From Mobula hypostoma (lineage: Eukaryota), in NCBI RefSeq assembly GCF_963921235.1, contig NC_086108.1:73906001-73970000 (forward strand): 64,000 bases of DNA. The letters are read 5' to 3'. Made by a program: the position numbers and the translations under genes. The notes beneath the pieces were generated by a model. It was not told the DNA's origin, searched no databases, and saw only the letters and a program-made list of their open reading frames with translations. Positions 62,610 to 64,000 of this stretch are shown here, in pieces; position 1 is the first letter of the stretch; every line of letters starts with the position of its first letter.

Positions 62610-62895
62610 GGGGGAAACTAGGATCAGGACAGTACTACGTGCCCTGTTAATGCCACCGTGTACTGTCCCAAGCCCGGCTGCCAAAGGAGAAGGCTTGATC
62701 ATGGGGCTAGCAACCCAATGCTACAGGACTGCCAACAGAAGCTCCAAGGACCTCATTTCTGGGAGAGGACAGATACACCAAGGAGATGGGCTACAAATGA
62801 AGATAATGTGAAAGACTGGCCCAGGACAGAGGACTCTGGTGAGCTACTGTTGGCAGCCTATGTCCCAGTCAGGGTGATGATGCCTAAGAAGAAGA
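62610..62895 (+). mobile_element. Short RTE-derived non-autonomous element
   Basis: RTE-like 5' motif aagcccgg..aaaggagaagg..ggggctagcaaccc joined to RTE-like 3' end gcccaggacagaggactctgg..ggcagcctatgtccc, with an (AAG)n tail. Confidence 0.55.
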
Positions 62896-63251
62896 CAAGC
62901 CCCTGTAAAAACAAAACTGGGTAGAAAAGTGAGATGCAAGGCGGATGCAGAGCATCAGCACAAGACAGTTTGAATAGATGACAACTTTGAATAGATGATG
63001 ACTGACAAAGGTGGAATTATTTCAGGCACAAGAGCTCAGTGAAGCTTTAAATAATGTGCTCAAAATGAAGAGAAGTTAAACAGAATCAATCAGGACCCAT
63101 TTTCTTCAGCCTACAGATCAATGTGGAAGAAACAGGGTTTAGAAGGGAACTGAGTGAGAGAGAGAGAGAGAAAAAAAATCCCCTAATGGGCAATTTTGAA
63201 ACTCATTGCCACAAGGGATAGTTGGGACAATTTTTTTCCATGCATTGAAGT

Positions 63252-63422
63252 ACATAGAACATAGAAACTTACAGCACATTACAGGCTCTTCAGCCTATAA
63301 TGTTGTGCTGACCATGTAACCTACTCCAGGGACTGCCTAGAATTTCCCCAGCACATAGCTGTCTATTTTTCTAAGCTCCATGTACCTACCTAAGAGGTTC
63401 TTAAAAGACCTTATTGTATCTG
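63252..63422 (-). mobile_element. CR1 3' UTR fragment
   Basis: Similar to 18292-18460 (catagaacatagaaacttacagcac...ctaagctccatgtaccta). Confidence 0.8.
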
Positions 63423-63534
63423 CAAGTCGTAATTAGATGGACACCTGTGGTAATCTCAGACACATGCGACATGAATTTAGTCTTACCATTCTTATCATCT
63501 CCCACAGATTCCAACACTCATCTATATTAGGGAG

Positions 63535-63715
63535 TTAGCGGCCAATTAACCTACCAACCCACAGGTCTTTGGATATGTGGGGAAACCAGAGCATCTGGAG
63601 GAAACCTACCAGATCAGAAGAACAATGGGCAAGCTCCACACAGAAGGCATCCAAAATCATGATTGAAACCAAGTTCCTGGTTCAGTGAGACAGTGGCTCT
63701 TCTAGCTGCTGCACA
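63535..63715 (-). mobile_element. V-SINE (HE1-like), degenerate
   Basis: Antisense V domain tctttggatatgtggggaaaccagagcatctggaggaaacc and a tRNA-like head remnant. Confidence 0.7.
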
Positions 63716-64000
63716 GTGGCACCCAAAGCTTTACCTTGCCAGAACGCTTAATGGTTCAAGTACAAGTCCAGACATAAATATTAAAAGTACAGTGTGGTGT
63801 GGAAAAGATTTTCTGACTTTGGGACCAATCATCTACTACAACATGGAAACCGGCAGTTCAGGCCAACACATTCAGTCTAATCTGCCACTCATCATGCAAT
63901 TCACATTGCCAATATCCCTCTAAGTCTCTTCTATCCATGTATGTCCCCAAATGACTTTTGAATGCTATTATTGTTCCTGTCTCAACTAATTTCTCTGGCA

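Overview
Eukaryotic, repeat-dense intronic or intergenic DNA. The repeat inventory (CR1, L2, Rex1/Babar, RTE and HERO-type LINEs, V-/CORE-type SINEs, Penelope-type terminal repeats, hAT, Tigger/pogo, Tc1, solo LTRs) suggests a cartilaginous fish, probably a ray; this is an inference. No intact host gene is recognisable. Nearly all listed ORFs are decayed transposon pieces or their antisense shadows, and there are only a few weak exon candidates on the minus strand. Many insertions can be bounded exactly by TIRs and TSDs, including a four-level nest at 55.7-60.8 kb. The most striking signal is at the RNA level. The 3' ends of two divergent HERO-type (restriction-like endonuclease) retrotransposon remnants (7675-7780 and 34853-34970) share a covarying, pseudoknotted fold. 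It contains all hammerhead core elements (CUGANGA, GAAA, GUH) in a non-canonical order. Separately, about eight Penelope-type repeats carry minimal type I hammerhead motifs, some in fold-back form. Family names come from motif recognition, not database searches. Boundaries without a TSD are approximate.
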